Assembly (NCBI RefSeq): GCF_018977255.1 | Contig: NW_024705474.1 | Span: forward strand, 1 to 41,644 | Source: Callorhinchus milii | Lineage: Eukaryota | Reading direction: 5' to 3' | DNA length: 41,644 bases | Part shown: piece after piece, positions 1-12,773 of the stretch | How the letters are laid out: the number at the start of each line of letters is the position of its first letter | Position numbering within the stretch: position 1 is the first letter of the stretch | Made by a program: the position numbers and the translations under genes | Notes under the pieces: generated by a model | Databases searched by the model: none | Told to the model about the DNA's origin: nothing | Seen by the model: only the letters and a program-made list of their open reading frames with translations

Positions 1-74
1 AAAACAAAACGGGAACAAATACAATATTTAAAATGAAGAACAAGTAAAGTTAAATCAACAAACTTGCCAGTATT

Positions 75-1862
75 TCAATGGGAACTATGGGCCTGCTTTT
101 GGCTAATAATATGGTCAATGTCCGGTTCCATATTTGTCACTGCTAGTCGTAACAAGTGATGCTAGTGTGCATCCGTTAGTCTAGATCTGGTTGGAGATTT
201 CAAATGTTTCATTCTGGAAAAAGTCTGTTCACAGACATAAGTGCTGCCAAAGATGGTTCCCATTTTGAGTGCATGGTTCCTGAGATGAGGATATATCTCA
301 GAGGGGAGAGATGCATAGAAATTATGAAGGCTGCTTGACTTGAATGCGTCTTTCAGAGAGTCACAATTCTGCAGTTCAGCCAGTTCCATTTGGTAAATTG
401 TATCCACATTTTCAATGTCAATAGAAAATGGGTTACGGAAAAGCTGTATGTCCTGTTCATGGCGATGAAGCTCTTTAAATCTAAATTGGAACTCCTTTTG
501 CAATTTTTCCAGTGAATCCACACATGTTTTGTTTGGGAATTGCAACCAATGGTTTTTCCGCTAACAGATTTTGAGTTGTGGGGAGATGGCAGAAGTTTTC
601 CTCCTTAACTTGTTTGATGAGGAGGCCTAATTCTACTTCAAATGCTTTGACATATGATTGCATATCACAGAGGAGCTTCCCCTTTCCTTGAAGTTGCACA
701 TTGAAACTGTTGAGTAGCTCTGTTACATCTGTCAGAAAGGCAAGGTGCCATTTCCATTCTGCATCATTGAGCTCTGGTACTTCTTTGTTTTTTTAAAGCA
801 GAAAAGCTGTAATCTGTGGAAGTAAGTCATAGAAACGTTTCAAAACTCTCCCTCGACTCAGTCAACGGACTTCTGTGTGGTACAGAACATCTTCATAGTC
901 AACATTTAGTTCAGACAGAAATTCCTGAAATTGTCTGTGGTTTAGTGCATGAGCTCTAATGAAGTTAACACAAGATACCACAATTTTCATAACAGAGTCC
1001 CACTTCAGTGATTTACTACACAGCGCTTGTTGGTGGATGAGGCAGTGTATGGCTATTGGATGAGAATGGTTATGTTTGTCCATCTCTTGGTTAATGCGAG
1101 CAATTACTCCTTTCTTAGACCCCACCATGCTAGGAGCACCATCAGTTGTCACACTGGCTAGTTTAGCCAATTCAGCTCCAAACCATTCACAGTTTGGCAA
1201 ACCTTTTCATAGATATCCTCTCCTGTAGTTGTTCCTTTGATGCTTTGCAGTGCAGAAAGCTCTTCTGTGACTTCGAAAGTCATTCGTCCCACGAATAAAA
1301 ATTAGAAGTTGTGCAGAATCACGAACATCATTGCTTGCGTCGAGTGCCAAGGAAAAATAGGAAAGTTTTTTTGTGGAGTTTTGCAAATGCTGATGCAAAT
1401 TGTCTCCCATTTCTTCAATCCTCCGTGTAATTGTAGGTCCTGAAAGACTCACTGTACTAAATAAATCGGCCTTCTCTGGACACATCTCTTTGGCAACAGA
1501 AAGAAGGCATTCTTTAACAAATTCTCCCCTCCATGAATGGTCTGCCAGTGCACGCTATTAGCTTGGCAACTTGCTCGCAGTGATGAAATATTTAGCTGCT
1601 TCTGCTTCACAAAAGTATTTTGCTGAGTTGTTAATGTATTTTTTGTTTAATATTTTATCTTTTCTCCGACCAAACAATCATATTTATCTTTATGTTGAGT
1701 TTCATAGTGTTGACGTAAATTGTATTCTTTGAACACAGACACTATATTCTGGCATATCAGACACACAGCTCTTTCCTTGTACTGCATGAAAAAGTAATCA
1801 TAAGTCCACTGTTCTTTGAATATCCTACACTCCGAGTCAATTTTTCTCTTTCTTGACATCAT
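75..1862 (-). pseudogene. Frameshifted/stop-containing hAT transposase (GTF2IRD2/SPIN-like family)
   Basis: ORF fragments 1647-1862, 1207-1485, 862-1200, 481-699 and 162-545 reproduce consecutive parts of the 601-aa ORF at 25480-27285. Confidence 0.95.
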
Positions 1863-2224
1863 TGTTTCCTAGGGAGTCAAAATTGCTATTAGTAAATACC
1901 AATATATATACAGCACTACAAAAAATAATATACCAGCATAACTTTGCCCACACAGAGACATACAGACTGCACTGCCCATCAATGCAGTCTGATTGGGGGA
2001 ACTCCGCTTTTACCCCAGGCTCACACTGGTGCGGGTGCCATTAAAAAGTTAATTACACCTGCAGTTTTGTTCACAGATCGCAGTACATCCCCAGCACACA
2101 AGAATATCACTGGGATGGAGCCGAGGGGCAAGTGAGGGAGCTGAGCGAGGCAGAGCCAGTCAAGCGCAGCCAGGGGAGGGCTGGCAGCCTTAGGCCTGAG
2201 GGGCAAGTCCAGTCAATTGGCCCA

Positions 2225-2380
2225 TTGAACCATTCACCAGCGCAGTCCAATGAGTGCCCACCGCCGCAGCTCAATCAGTACTCACCAGCGCAGCCCAATT
2301 AGTGCCCACCGCCGCAGCCCAATAGTGCCACTCCAGCGCAGCCCAATTAGTGCTCACCAGCGCAGCCCAATTAGTGACCA
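2225..2380. repeat. ~24-bp minisatellite (CACCRGCGCAGCCCAATYAGTGCY-like) in the hAT 5' subterminal region
   Basis: About 6 tandem units; a related array is at ~25110-25250 in the second copy. Confidence 0.85.
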
Positions 2381-3689
2381 TGGGATGTGGGTGTCATCTG
2401 TCTCACCTCTTCGGTTCGGGGGTAATGATGCTGCCAACTTCCTCCAAGCTGCCTCTGTTCTAAAAGACTGTGGCTGCGCTGTGATGCTCAGTCTGTCACG
2501 TCTCCCGCGCTCTCTCTCCCACGAACCAGCTTTCACTGCCCACAAGTCACCGCGCAGCTGGCCCCTCCCACATGCCCTGGTTTCCTCTGAGTCCTGGGAG
2601 GTGGGGGGGCCGGATAAATGTCCTTGGCGGGCCGCATGTGGCCCGCGGGCCGTAGTTTGAGGACCCCTGGTTTAGACCATAAGCAATCCAAGTGTAATGT
2701 TTAAATTAAATAAAGTACACAATGTAAATAACTTATTAAATAAACTTCAAATTAAAACTATAAAGAGAAACATGGGAAAGACAAGATAGTTCTAAGCACA
2801 GAAAACCGAAATTACGTAATGCTACAAAAGAAAAATAATTAGGCAATGCTACAAAGAAAAATAATTAGGCAATGCTACAAAACAATTCCATTTACCGTAA
2901 TCTTTTCCAGTCATTATTCCAATGCAATTAAGGGTGATATTACACTGAAAGTTACAAGACGATGTGGCGAGTACAACATACTCACGGTAACAATGTAACA
3001 GCATGACTGAGAGTGCAGAGCGGCTATACACCACCGCTTTGGGGAAGATGCTGCCTGCCTTACACCTCGCTCCACAGTATTCATCTACAACCTCAAAACG
3101 CTGGACTACTTACGCTTAAGTAACCAAGGCAAACATTTTCGCATGTTGAATTTTATACATGATTTATGGGAGCATTTCCGTAAGGTTGGAATTCCGTAAG
3201 TCGGGTCTTCCGCTACCCGGGGACTTACCGTGATGTATGTGGCCAGAGGGACTTCCTGTCACACGCCAACTTGAACAGGAAACGGTTCCGAATCCTTGTC
3301 ACGCAGCATTTGCCGGGCCTGCCCAAAATCATAAAAATCCTTAACAAATGTGAGCAGAGGGGCACGGATATCGTAAACAATGAACAACCAAAAGCTGGAG
3401 CCTCTTCATGGTACTTAAACCTTGATGACATCAAGAAACATGCCGAGAAAGCCAAAACAGCGATATTCAATACTTAAGCCTTACTGAAAGAATGGGGTTA
3501 GGTAAACGGCAACCAAAATACACATCACAATTGAAATAAGTACTATACAGCATGCCAACTAAACTAAAACAAAACAATTTAAATAAACAAGTAGAAACTG
3601 TATTGAATAAAACATTCCAAGACAATAAATAGGATTATAAATACTGAATAAATACTCTACTTACAATGATGACAATGTGTATGCGTGAG

Positions 3690-3950
3690 TGGAGAGTGGT
3701 AGTGCTTCGGGATAGCGTGCTGCGCTATGAACCCAGCGACCCGAGTTCAATTTCCGCTCACGCCCAAAAACATGACGATCATCTGAATTGGCCATGGGCC
3801 TTCCCAGCCTCAAATAAGTATCTGGTGTGTTGTGTAAACACAGCCACTGGGAGAAAAAGGAGGCCGGGAATGATGCTGGTAACCTACCCCTTTGTGTACC
3901 GTGCCAACCTTTATAGGTGCTACTTGCCCTAACAGTCTGTTAAGGCTAAA
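3690..3950 (+). mobile_element. tRNA-derived SINE
   Basis: tRNA-like head (…GCGCTATGAACCCAGCGACCCGAGTTCAATT, B-box-like) and a body shared with copies at 4790, 6960, 22740, 27527, 27830 and 41335. Confidence 0.75.
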
Positions 3951-4789
3951 TGCTTGCATGGCAAAAGTTGAGGTACCAGCGATTTCCTCACGTTCCTCAC
4001 CCACCCCGCCCTCCTTCCCAGAACAGGAAAGAGTAAATTGTTATTTCTTGTTATTTTCTTTGAACCTATACTCACGAAAGTGTAAATTGGTATGCAAAGA
4101 GGTTGCCCGTGATAGGTCAAAACCGCAAAAAATAAACCCGTGGTATTCATGGGTCTACTGTATGACATTTGCACATTATTGCCCTGGCCTGAAACTGCTT
4201 TGGGGCTTTGCAAGCTTATCTGGCAATCAGTGTGGACGAACGTTAGATCTTCGTCCAATCCAGAAGAGATCATCGTTTAGTCTACGTTGTTTCTATAATT
4301 TTCCATAATGCAACCTGTGTAAAATCACCACCCTCCCTCAGCACCTTCCTTTGGAAGTCAATTATGCCTGGCACTAAAACTGCTCTTAGACTCTGGGTTA
4401 CCCAAGCTGTGCAAATGTCACCAATCACAATATTCTGGGTTTAAACTTTGTCACCAAAGTTTTGCACCATCGAACAATTGACAGTGTGGTTACTTACTGG
4501 AATATTTGAGGCATAGCAAAAGCAACAAATATATATACACACAAACACACGTTAAAATACACAAACCCGTGTGTTAGCTACCCAGCTCGTTAACACCCCC
4601 CCAAAACACGCTCTACAAAACGGTAATACTAACAGAGGCTAAACATGCAAATAAAAAAAACAAGGTTCAGTGTTAACTTACACTCGCAGTCAAATAAAAT
4701 ACATTAACACACATGAGCATATTCCAATGCACACACATACACACAGTTACCCGCAACAAAGACCCCCAATATAGCCTTAACAATAAGGT

Positions 4790-4990
4790 CAGGAGTGGGT
4801 GTATGGCCAGCACCACACCCGACCGCTTTTGTTTCTCCAGTGGCTATGTTTATACACTGCACCAGGCACTCATTTGAGGCTGAGTCGATCTAGGGAGGCC
4901 CAAGTCTGGTTCAGATAGTCACTGGTGTTGGTGGCGGTGAGTGGGAATTGAACTCGTGTTGCCTGGTTCGTAGCGCAGCGCGCTATAGGT
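4790..4990 (-). mobile_element. tRNA-derived SINE (same family)
   Basis: Reverse-complement head GCGCGCTGCGCTACGAACC…GAGTTCAATTCCC and body motif GACTCAGCCTCAAATGAGT. Confidence 0.75.
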
Positions 4991-5109
4991 TACATTATCG
5001 CACACAACAACTGCCATTCGCCATCGCCACGAAGTGAGCTCTACGCCGCACAGCTTTACTCACTTTGTAAGCCTTATAAGCAGTTGCATTTGGAGGCTTG
5101 CCCCCTCTT

Positions 5110-5240
5110 TTCTCTCCGCCTAATGAAGACCGTTTGTGTTGCGATCGAAACATCGTGGTTTTTAGCTTTTAATTTATTTTTAAATTTGATTTTTATTTTT
5201 CTATCTACGTGACTTTACTGAAAGAACCAAGAATATGAGC
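5110..5240 (+). mobile_element. Penelope-like terminal-repeat fragment with degenerate hammerhead motif
   Basis: CTAATGA…TTGTGTT…GAAACATC, AT-rich spacer, then CGTGACTTTACTGAAAGAACCAAGAATATG shared with the 3' end of the Penelope element at 16045. Confidence 0.7.
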
Positions 5241-6384
5241 TCTACCAGTATGAGTGCAAAGGAACCCACACCGACTGCAGAAGCTACTAGTCAAACTGCC
5301 TCCTCTCCAGTTCCAGATAAGGTTTTGCCCACGAATTGCAAATGTCACCAATCACAATATTCCGGGTTCACCACTCTGGTAAAATGTAGCAGCCACTCTG
5401 ATTAGTAAGACAATCAGAGTTGTTAGATATATTTAAGTCTGTCTTTAAAACTCACCTCTATAAACTGGTCTTCATCCCCGGCCTAGTTTCGCCGTTTACC
5501 TAAGCGAGTGGGTGAGGAGGTGATTGATTGAGTAGGGAGTGAGTGGGTCATCCAGTGAGTGAGTGATTGAGTTAGTGGGTAAATGATGCTTTACCCGCAC
5601 TCGAGTTCTGGCTGTTTACCCTGCAGCCTGTGTATATTTCGTACTTTTGATACACAGCACGGATTGGTGGGGTCCACGGATGAAATGCAGCACTTTACAA
5701 ATGTAAATTATAATTGTATTACGAATATTGCAGGCATATTATACACACCAACACGCACAATATGCTTCCATATAGATGTTCAAGTATTTTTTTCTAGCGT
5801 TATTTTTCATAAGTAGGCCATTGTGTACTGGCGTCATGGTTGAAATGTATGATGATAGAACTATTTTGATTAAAGAAGAAAAGGCTTTAACCTTTTCGGC
5901 AATAAGACAGACATTAAGATCAGAATCTTTAAAATGAGAATCTGTCTTCTGGAGGAATGTAACAGATGTCCAGTCGGGGCGGGTCAGAAAGTTACAAAAA
6001 CAAACATCGTTGGCTACGTACGGTGTGAAAGAAGTTCAACATACAAAAACGATAGGAGTGCAAAATAGATGAAAGGTAAGCAATTCACGAAAAATAAATA
6101 GAAATGAATAAAGTACATAATTAAGTCTGCATTAACCAAACATTGTTGTGATATATTTTAACACAAACATCAAGTCTGTATCAACCGCATGATATTTTTA
6201 TTTACAAGGCAATTTTTTCAGTAGATTTGCTCTTTATTTGACTTGTTATTAAACCATTGGACAATCCCGAAAAATATGCGACGTGCATCCGATTGTCTAT
6301 GCGATTCTTTGGGTCTCTGTGCGATTCTTTAGGTCTCTGTGCGATTCTTTGGGTCTCTGTGCGAGTCCAGGGGTTCCTGTATGA

Positions 6385-6827
6385 CAGGGACATGCGGTCA
6401 GTGGAGGCAGGGGAGGCACAGCCTTACCAGTCATACTCCCAATGAAAATATCTGTAACGAAAAGTTAAAAATAATAAAATAAAAACTACGATTTTTCCAC
6501 TGATCTGTTATCTCATTTCTGTACGATTCCAATAATTTTTATAGTCAAAATCGCCAAATTTGCGGAGCTCCGCTGCAAATACAGGGAGAGAGGTGAGGCA
6601 GCGACGAGCTCAGCCTCCCCTCTGATTGCGCAACCCCTCAGAAACTGGATGGAGCGCGGGCAATAAGCTCGTGCCTGTTACTATTTCTCTGTAATGATTG
6701 GAATCAAACAGAAATTACATTTGTCACACAGATCAGTGGAAAAATCTTCATTTTTTTCCTAACAGCTACTGTATTTTCATTGGAGTATGACAGGTGGGTC
6801 TCTGCCTCCCCTGACCGCACGTCCCTG
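6385..6827. mobile_element. Non-autonomous hAT-type MITE (443 bp)
   Basis: 17-bp TIR CAGGGACRTGCGGTCAG (1 mismatch); perfect 8-bp TSD CTGTATGA at 6377-6384 and 6828-6835. Confidence 0.9.
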
Positions 6828-6928
6828 CTGTATGACTGATTGTCTTAACCGTCTCCCAGATGTTTCTGCCAAAGGTTTGGAACCACGTATCGTCTTTTGG
6901 CATCTCAATTCTGCTATTTATAACCTCA

Positions 6929-7155
6929 CTAGCTTTACTGCCCCGGCTTCACCCGGGACTTAATTTACCACGCCCGGCCGCCTTTGTCTCTCCAGTGGCG
7001 ATGTCACACACCACACCAGTTAATTGTTTGAGGTAGAGTGGACCTAGGGGAGGCCCAGGACCGGTTCAAATAATCGTCTGTGGTGGTGGCCGTGAGCGGG
7101 AATCGAACTCGGGTCGACGGGTTCGTAGCGCAGCGCGCTAACCCCTAACACTGCA
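6929..7155 (-). mobile_element. tRNA-SINE fused to a Helitron-type 3' end
   Basis: Minus strand: SINE head and body, then hairpin CCCGGGTGAAGCCGGG and AAAGCTAG|T; same junction as 27792-28017. Confidence 0.7.
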
Positions 7156-8100
7156 ATGCGTTACAGTTCCACATGCGCGGGTCACATGCCAGATTTGACG
7201 TCTCAGCTCACTTGCTGTGCAAAAAATATATGCATTATTGAGCTCCCCCCCCCCCCAAAAAAAAAAAGTGTATTCAATGGACTTCAATGGGGAAATAAAC
7301 TTCTGGACTGGTATGGTTCAAATATTGCAATGCTGAACAAATGCCTCCAGTTTACTCAATCGGGAATACGCGAATAAGGATCGCCCCTCCCCCCGACTGC
7401 CAAACCAACTCGGCAGGACGCTTCTGAACTGAAGTAAAGAGACTCGGTGTGATAAAGCGCTCGAGTGTGCACCACGCTGGCGAAATTTTCACGACATCGC
7501 CCGGTATACAGGAGGTCGTGGGTTGGTTCCCGACGCTGACGCGTGTTTATTTGGAGTTTGCGTGTCTCTCTTTCTGCGTGGTCGCGTGGATTTGAACTCC
7601 AAATTTAGAAACACGAGTTTAGAGCATTTGAAAGCAATACATTTCCACACGATGACAAGCCACTTTGTTGTGGGCAGGTCGCTTCTGAAAGATATATAGC
7701 TAAAAATAGAAATATTAAAACAAAACATGGTTTTAAAAGTAATCAGCCAGGTGAGGACAAATAAAAATTAACAAAAATCAAAGCAAATACAATCAGGCGA
7801 TGGCAGGAGGCAAGGCCAGCATGGCTAGGCCGCACTCTGTAACGTTCCAACCTGGACATCGATTCCATACTCACTGTTACACTCAATTGATATCCCGAGG
7901 AGAACAATAGAAGAAGCGAGGCTGTACCTCAATAAACAAAAACCACCACCAAAAAACCACCACCACGATTTGAACTTCTCACCTCTGATCTCAGTTGAGT
8001 GGCGAGCAGCTTTCCGGGACTTCGTGACGTCACGCGGATTCGCGCGGTGGAGATGACATGACGTCACTAGCGAGTTTACCCCCTCCCACTGAATAAATTA

Positions 8101-8315
8101 TATTCTTGGTTCTTTAGGTAAAGTCACGTAGAAGGGAAATAATAAAATAGTACAAATATACAACAATAAAAAATGAATGCAATTTTTTCATAATAAAGTA
8201 AAAAAAGTATAAAACAATACATTATTTTTATTTCATTACTTCCCTTCTACGTGACTTTACCGAAAGAACCAAGAATATGCATCCCTGCAGTCACGAAAAC
8301 TTGAAATCAAAATTT
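8101..8315 (+). mobile_element. Short Penelope-type insertion with inverted 5' arm
   Basis: Inverted pair TATTCTTGGTTCTTT…GTCACGTAGAAGGG / CCCTTCTACGTGAC…AAGAATA; flanking direct repeat TGAATAAATTAT (8090-8101, 8315-8326). Confidence 0.8.
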
Positions 8316-8418
8316 GAATAAATTATGTTAATGAGACAGCACCTGACATTGAGTGATTGGGCGTGGCTGCTGAACCGGACACAATGAACTCGCGACATAT
8401 TTAGTGGGTAAATTACAA

Positions 8419-8860
8419 TCTTGATTTGAAGCTTTCGTGACTGCAGGAATCCATACTCTTTAGTTCTTTCGATAAAGTCACGTAGGTATAAAATATAATA
8501 AATCACGATGTTTCGGGCGCAACACAAGTGTCCGTCATCAGGTGGGAAAGTATTGTCTGCTGCTGAGGCAGACTGTTTTAAAAGGTTTGAAATGGGTGTA
8601 GCCCAAGGGTCATAAAGAAGTGGCCGGGCTAGTGATGTTAATGTAAGAAATTAGCATGTAACTGTAAGATAGGAGGAGAGCGGCCTCCTCGACGAGGGAG
8701 TGCAACCCAACGGGTGCAATCCAAAGAGCATGTGAGTATGAGAGTGCAATCCAAAGGACATGTGAGCATGTGAGCATGAGAGATCTAAGAGAGAGGCATA
8801 GAGAGAGAGAGAGAGACACAGAGAGTCGGAAATAACAGCTGACATAGGCAGGTAGGATGG
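8419..8860 (-). mobile_element. Non-autonomous Penelope-type repeat with hammerhead motif (far boundary approximate)
   Basis: Family 3' end at ~8419-8485; minus-strand CAC-CTGATGA…GAAACATC-GTG at ~8504-8544. Confidence 0.65.
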
Positions 8861-9590
8861 AAATATCACAGTCAGTAAAGACTTTACCTGGTTAATAACG
8901 GGGTCATTCTATGTAACGCGAGTCCCCGACGACCGACGCTCCAAGACCCCCTGAACCAACCCCGCATGGTTAGCTCTTCCCGCCAGACAACCCCGATCGC
9001 TCTGCATCCATCCCTCTTATTCTCCCGAGCGTGGCCTCGCTCCGCCTCCAGCCACGCCCCTTCCTCGGTCTCTTTCGACGGAACCGGAGCCAGCGTCACA
9101 TGTCCTCCGGGCCCCCGTTTCCGGGCCCCCTTCCCCACTCAGTGTCGGCACGTCCCCTCTCTCTCTCTGCGACGGGACCTTGCTCTGTCGGGCCTGCTTC
9201 CCCGCCACATCTCCGTCGGCCCCATCGAGAGGTACGTGCGCACTCATTCACCAGTTGTGGTTGGGGTTGGCTTATATGCCATAGAGATGCTATTTATGTC
9301 TCTACACATGTAACATCATTGTCAAAGTAATGTTTGTTTGCATGTTCACCACAAGAACGTTTAGTTAATTCAGACTTGATTCCTTGTAAAAGGTGTTGGT
9401 GGCCGTGACGGGGCTTTGCTCGGTTCGTAGCGCAGCATGCGAACCACTGCACCACCGCTCCTCACTCGCCCACCACTCACCACTGATGCAACCATCACAA
9501 ACGCATTTGAACATCAGTAGCTGCACCGCATCAAAGACACAGACCCCACTGTTATAGCCTCATCAGGCTTTTGGGGAGCAAGTGTTGTTA

Positions 9591-11204
9591 GGGGCCATTT
9601 GTGACGATGTGTGACGAGAGGGGGGTTTGAGAAATGTGACATCACATCAAAATGCGCAACTTTAAATAAATATAAACATGTTCTACATCATTAAATATTT
9701 AATAAATGTTTTCTTCTACAACATCAGAGTGCAGCGGCACATTAAAATGACGATTCTAAAAAAACACAGGATGAGATGTTACTATCCTTTGTGCAAGCAC
9801 TTCCAAGAGTTCATGAATAGTGAGCCTGGTGAAATTTGGGGAGCGCATCGTCAGTAGTGACCCTTTGGTTCCTAGGGTGTTTCGGCCTTTCATACTATAC
9901 ACCCTCCCCAAAGGCGGCCAGCGACAGGGTGATCAATCCTACGCTTGCGTCCCATTCCCAATTAGTCATAGGAGTTGCCTTGTTGTTGATAGCCAACATC
10001 CCATGGGACTATGCATGACAGGGGCGTCCTCCTCCCTGAGTCAAGCATTGTTGACTGCATACCTCCTGGCCCTCTCACTTTGGGGCCCAGCTGGGGTCTT
10101 TCCTCTTCATCCAGAGCCACTGACTGCTGCCTTCTGCCGCCTCCGATACAGCTCTGATTGCCGAACGCTGGCTCTGGCCCTTAATTCCCAGGTCTCTAAG
10201 CAGTCTGGTTGTAGATGTTGCCACAAAACCTCTGCAGCCCACCTCCACTGGTCGGACTTCTGTGTTCCAGCCATGATGCCGTGCTTCAGCAGCTAGATCG
10301 GCATAGCGCAGATGTTTTCGCTCATAAGCCTCATCTACTGAGTCCTCCCAGGGTACTGTGAGCTCAATGATGAAGACCTTCTTGAGCGAACGGGACCAGA
10401 GCACCATGTCAGGTCTTAGGGTGGTGGTTGCGATCTCCGGAGGAAACACAAGTTGCCGGCCAATGTCAGCTAGCATTTTCCAGTCGCGGGCCAAGCGCAG
10501 CTGGTCACGCTCTATTGGTGTAGAGCCGCTCTTCGGTGGTTTAGCCCCTTCGCGGACAAAGGTCGTCCGTAAGGGGTGTGATGCTGCTGGGGGTGGTAGG
10601 GAGTTGGTGGCAGCTCGCTTGTCCTCCAGGGCGGACGCAAGGTTTTTAAGGACTTGGTTGTGACGCCACGTGTAGCGTCCTTGGGTGAGGCTTGTTTTAC
10701 ACCCTGTGAGAATGTGCCTGAGGCTGGCTGGCATGGAACAGAGGGGCACAGTCCGGATCTTCACCATACCATTGATGAAGATTAACTGGTGTTGGAAGGA
10801 TGTCATATGTTGCTCTGATGGAAAAGCTCAACCGCCTCGCTTCCATGGCCCACAGATCCTTCCAGCTGATCTTCCTCTTCTCCACACTGTCCCATCGAGT
10901 CCACTGTCCTTGTTTGGCAGAGAGACTGCCTTGGCCCACCTTGCAGCCTCCTCCTGATGGCGTACTTCCTGCACTACCATCTTCCGCCGCTCTGGTGCAG
11001 TGGCCTTACTCCAAGCAGCACGGCTAGTTAATGACAATAGTTTAAAGCGATTTGAAGCATGTTTTTTTTGGGGGGGGTTGGGGCAGAGCTTTGTGACGTC
11101 ATACTTGAGGGGGGTCTGACTTTTTGTGACGCCGTGTGACGATGGGGGGGGGGGGGGAGTCAGAAATCGTCCAAAATCGCGTGACGTCATTTATGAACGG
11201 CCCC
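9591..11204. mobile_element. Probable PIF/Harbinger-like non-autonomous DNA element enclosing a retrotransposon fragment
   Basis: Ends GGGGCCATT… / …TTATGAACGGCCCC, flanks TTA/TGA, subterminal GTGACG repeats at both ends; left TIR appears deleted. Confidence 0.45.
9850..11020 (-). mobile_element. 5'-truncated HERO/R2-type non-LTR retrotransposon (CCHC finger + restriction-like endonuclease + 3' UTR), frameshifted
   Basis: ORF 10075-10806 has C..HILTGC, RHNQV, LRPDMVL…IIELTVPWE…ERKHLRY, PVEVGCRG (RLE PD-(D/E)xK motifs); upstream frame 10697-10939 has FSIRATYDILPTPVNLHQW. Confidence 0.88.
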
Positions 11205-11941
11205 TGAGCAAGTAGCAGTACCGATGAAGTCGTTAATTGGTGTCGGTGGCCGTGAGTGGAAATCTCTGTGCCGGGTTCGTAGTGCAGGGCACTATAACCA
11301 CTGCGCTGCTGCTCCCCCCCACACCCAATCATTCCGCTGATATCCTTTGCCCCAACCACCACTGCCGCGCCATCAACGTTGGCACGCGTGTCCTACTTGA
11401 CAGGGACATGGCCTTGCTCAGTCTCATCGCCTGGAACTGTGCTTAGAAAACGCAGATGTCGGTTAAAGTAAACACTAGAAAAAATAATCGATAAGCGTGG
11501 AGTTTGTAACGTGTTCGTCTATCGCAGTGGTTGACAGATTATGGATCCGCAGCGCTCCTCCAGGAGAGTAAAGCCACTTCAACATTTACAACGTGAGTGC
11601 TGTGACGTGTCGCTGGTGATTAAAACAATCGGCTTCATCGGACGATTTGCCAGAATTACCCTCACTAATTGGTTTTGTCTTGTGTTTTCAGGTTAACGAC
11701 ACATTATTAATGCGATCTTACCCAAGGATAAAATCATTTACAAACTTTGTCATCAATAATTTTGGTTGTAAAATCCCTCGTGTTTAAATTACTATTATCA
11801 ACCGTTTATATTTATAGCCTGTCTATGTGCTTCACTAAACTCTAATTCCTTGGTGTCTACTTCCTTAACTGGGATAACCCTCGAGGGCAGTGGCTCTCAG
11901 AGTGCGGTCCGTGACGCTCCTCCAGGTGGTCTTGTTGTATA

Positions 11942-12410
11942 TGTAATAAAGGACTCTTTCACAATGTCGATCTCCGTTGTCCTTTATTTGGGTTTGTGTA
12001 AATCTCGCTCCCACGGCATCCTCGCTCAGGCCCGCGTCTCCTTGTCGATCACTCCACAGCCACAATGCTGCTCCGCTCTGCAGCCACACTGCTGCTCCGC
12101 TCTGCAGTCACCCGGCTGCTCCGCTCTGCAGCCACACTGCTGCTCCACTCCTCCTCGCCCACGGCCAGCCTTCCACAGCCCGCTAGCCCCTCTCGCCCGG
12201 ACCCCGATGGCCGACGGTGCCGAGGTCTCCCAACATGTGGCGATCGCGCCACTCTCCCAGTACTGCCAGCGTGGCCTCCTCCCGTTTCACTCGTCTTAAC
12301 TCCCCGATCCTTCCGGTTCTCTCCCTAAATCCTCTTCCCCACGTGACCCTAACTCCTCCTCTCCTCACGTGACCCAGACTCCGCCCCCCTCAATCCTTGC
12401 TCGCATTACA
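11942..12410 (-). repeat. 3' LTR
   Basis: TGTAAT…ATTACA termini; direct repeat of 14201-14671; adjacent C-run at 12414-12423 is the polypurine tract on the minus strand; internal 24-bp tandem repeat. Confidence 0.92.
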
Positions 12411-12773
12411 CGACCCCCCCCCCTGATGAAAAACCCAGCCGTCCCCGGCTGCAACAGAACAAAATAACGCGAGCAACTTTCAACCATCGAGCATCACCGG
12501 ACAACGGAGATTATAACAAGACGATACAAAGAACAACAAGAACAACAATCAACGAAAGGAAAGGGATTTGGAACGTGTGCGGGTCGCCGGCCCGTCCCGA
12601 ACGGGCGGCGGCCCCCTTACAGACCGAGAACGCGACGGGGTTTTAAGAGCGACGGGATCAGAACCGCCCGCCGCTGGTGGAGGCCCGTCAACGCCAAGGT
12701 CCCGTTCCCAGAGAGACCCGAGGCCGGGGTCTCCCGCAACCGTGTCTGTGGTGGGGTTGGAGGGGCAGCGGGG

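Larger units (their letters stand above)
1..2669 (-). mobile_element. hAT (Charlie-group) DNA transposon, degenerate copy; 3' end runs off the window
   Basis: Reverse complement of the element at 25045-27489; 5' TIR AGTTTGAGGACCCCTG ends at 2669, followed by GTTTAGAC (TA-centred 8-mer, presumed TSD). Confidence 0.95.

Noticed and set aside
8912..9255. GC-rich block starting TGTAACG, possible solo LTR
   Set aside because: No matching CA terminus or TSD could be identified.
11850..12330. Cys/Ser-rich and LLRSAAT-repeat ORFs (also 13953-14682)
   Set aside because: Products of the 24-bp tandem repeat within GC-rich LTRs.
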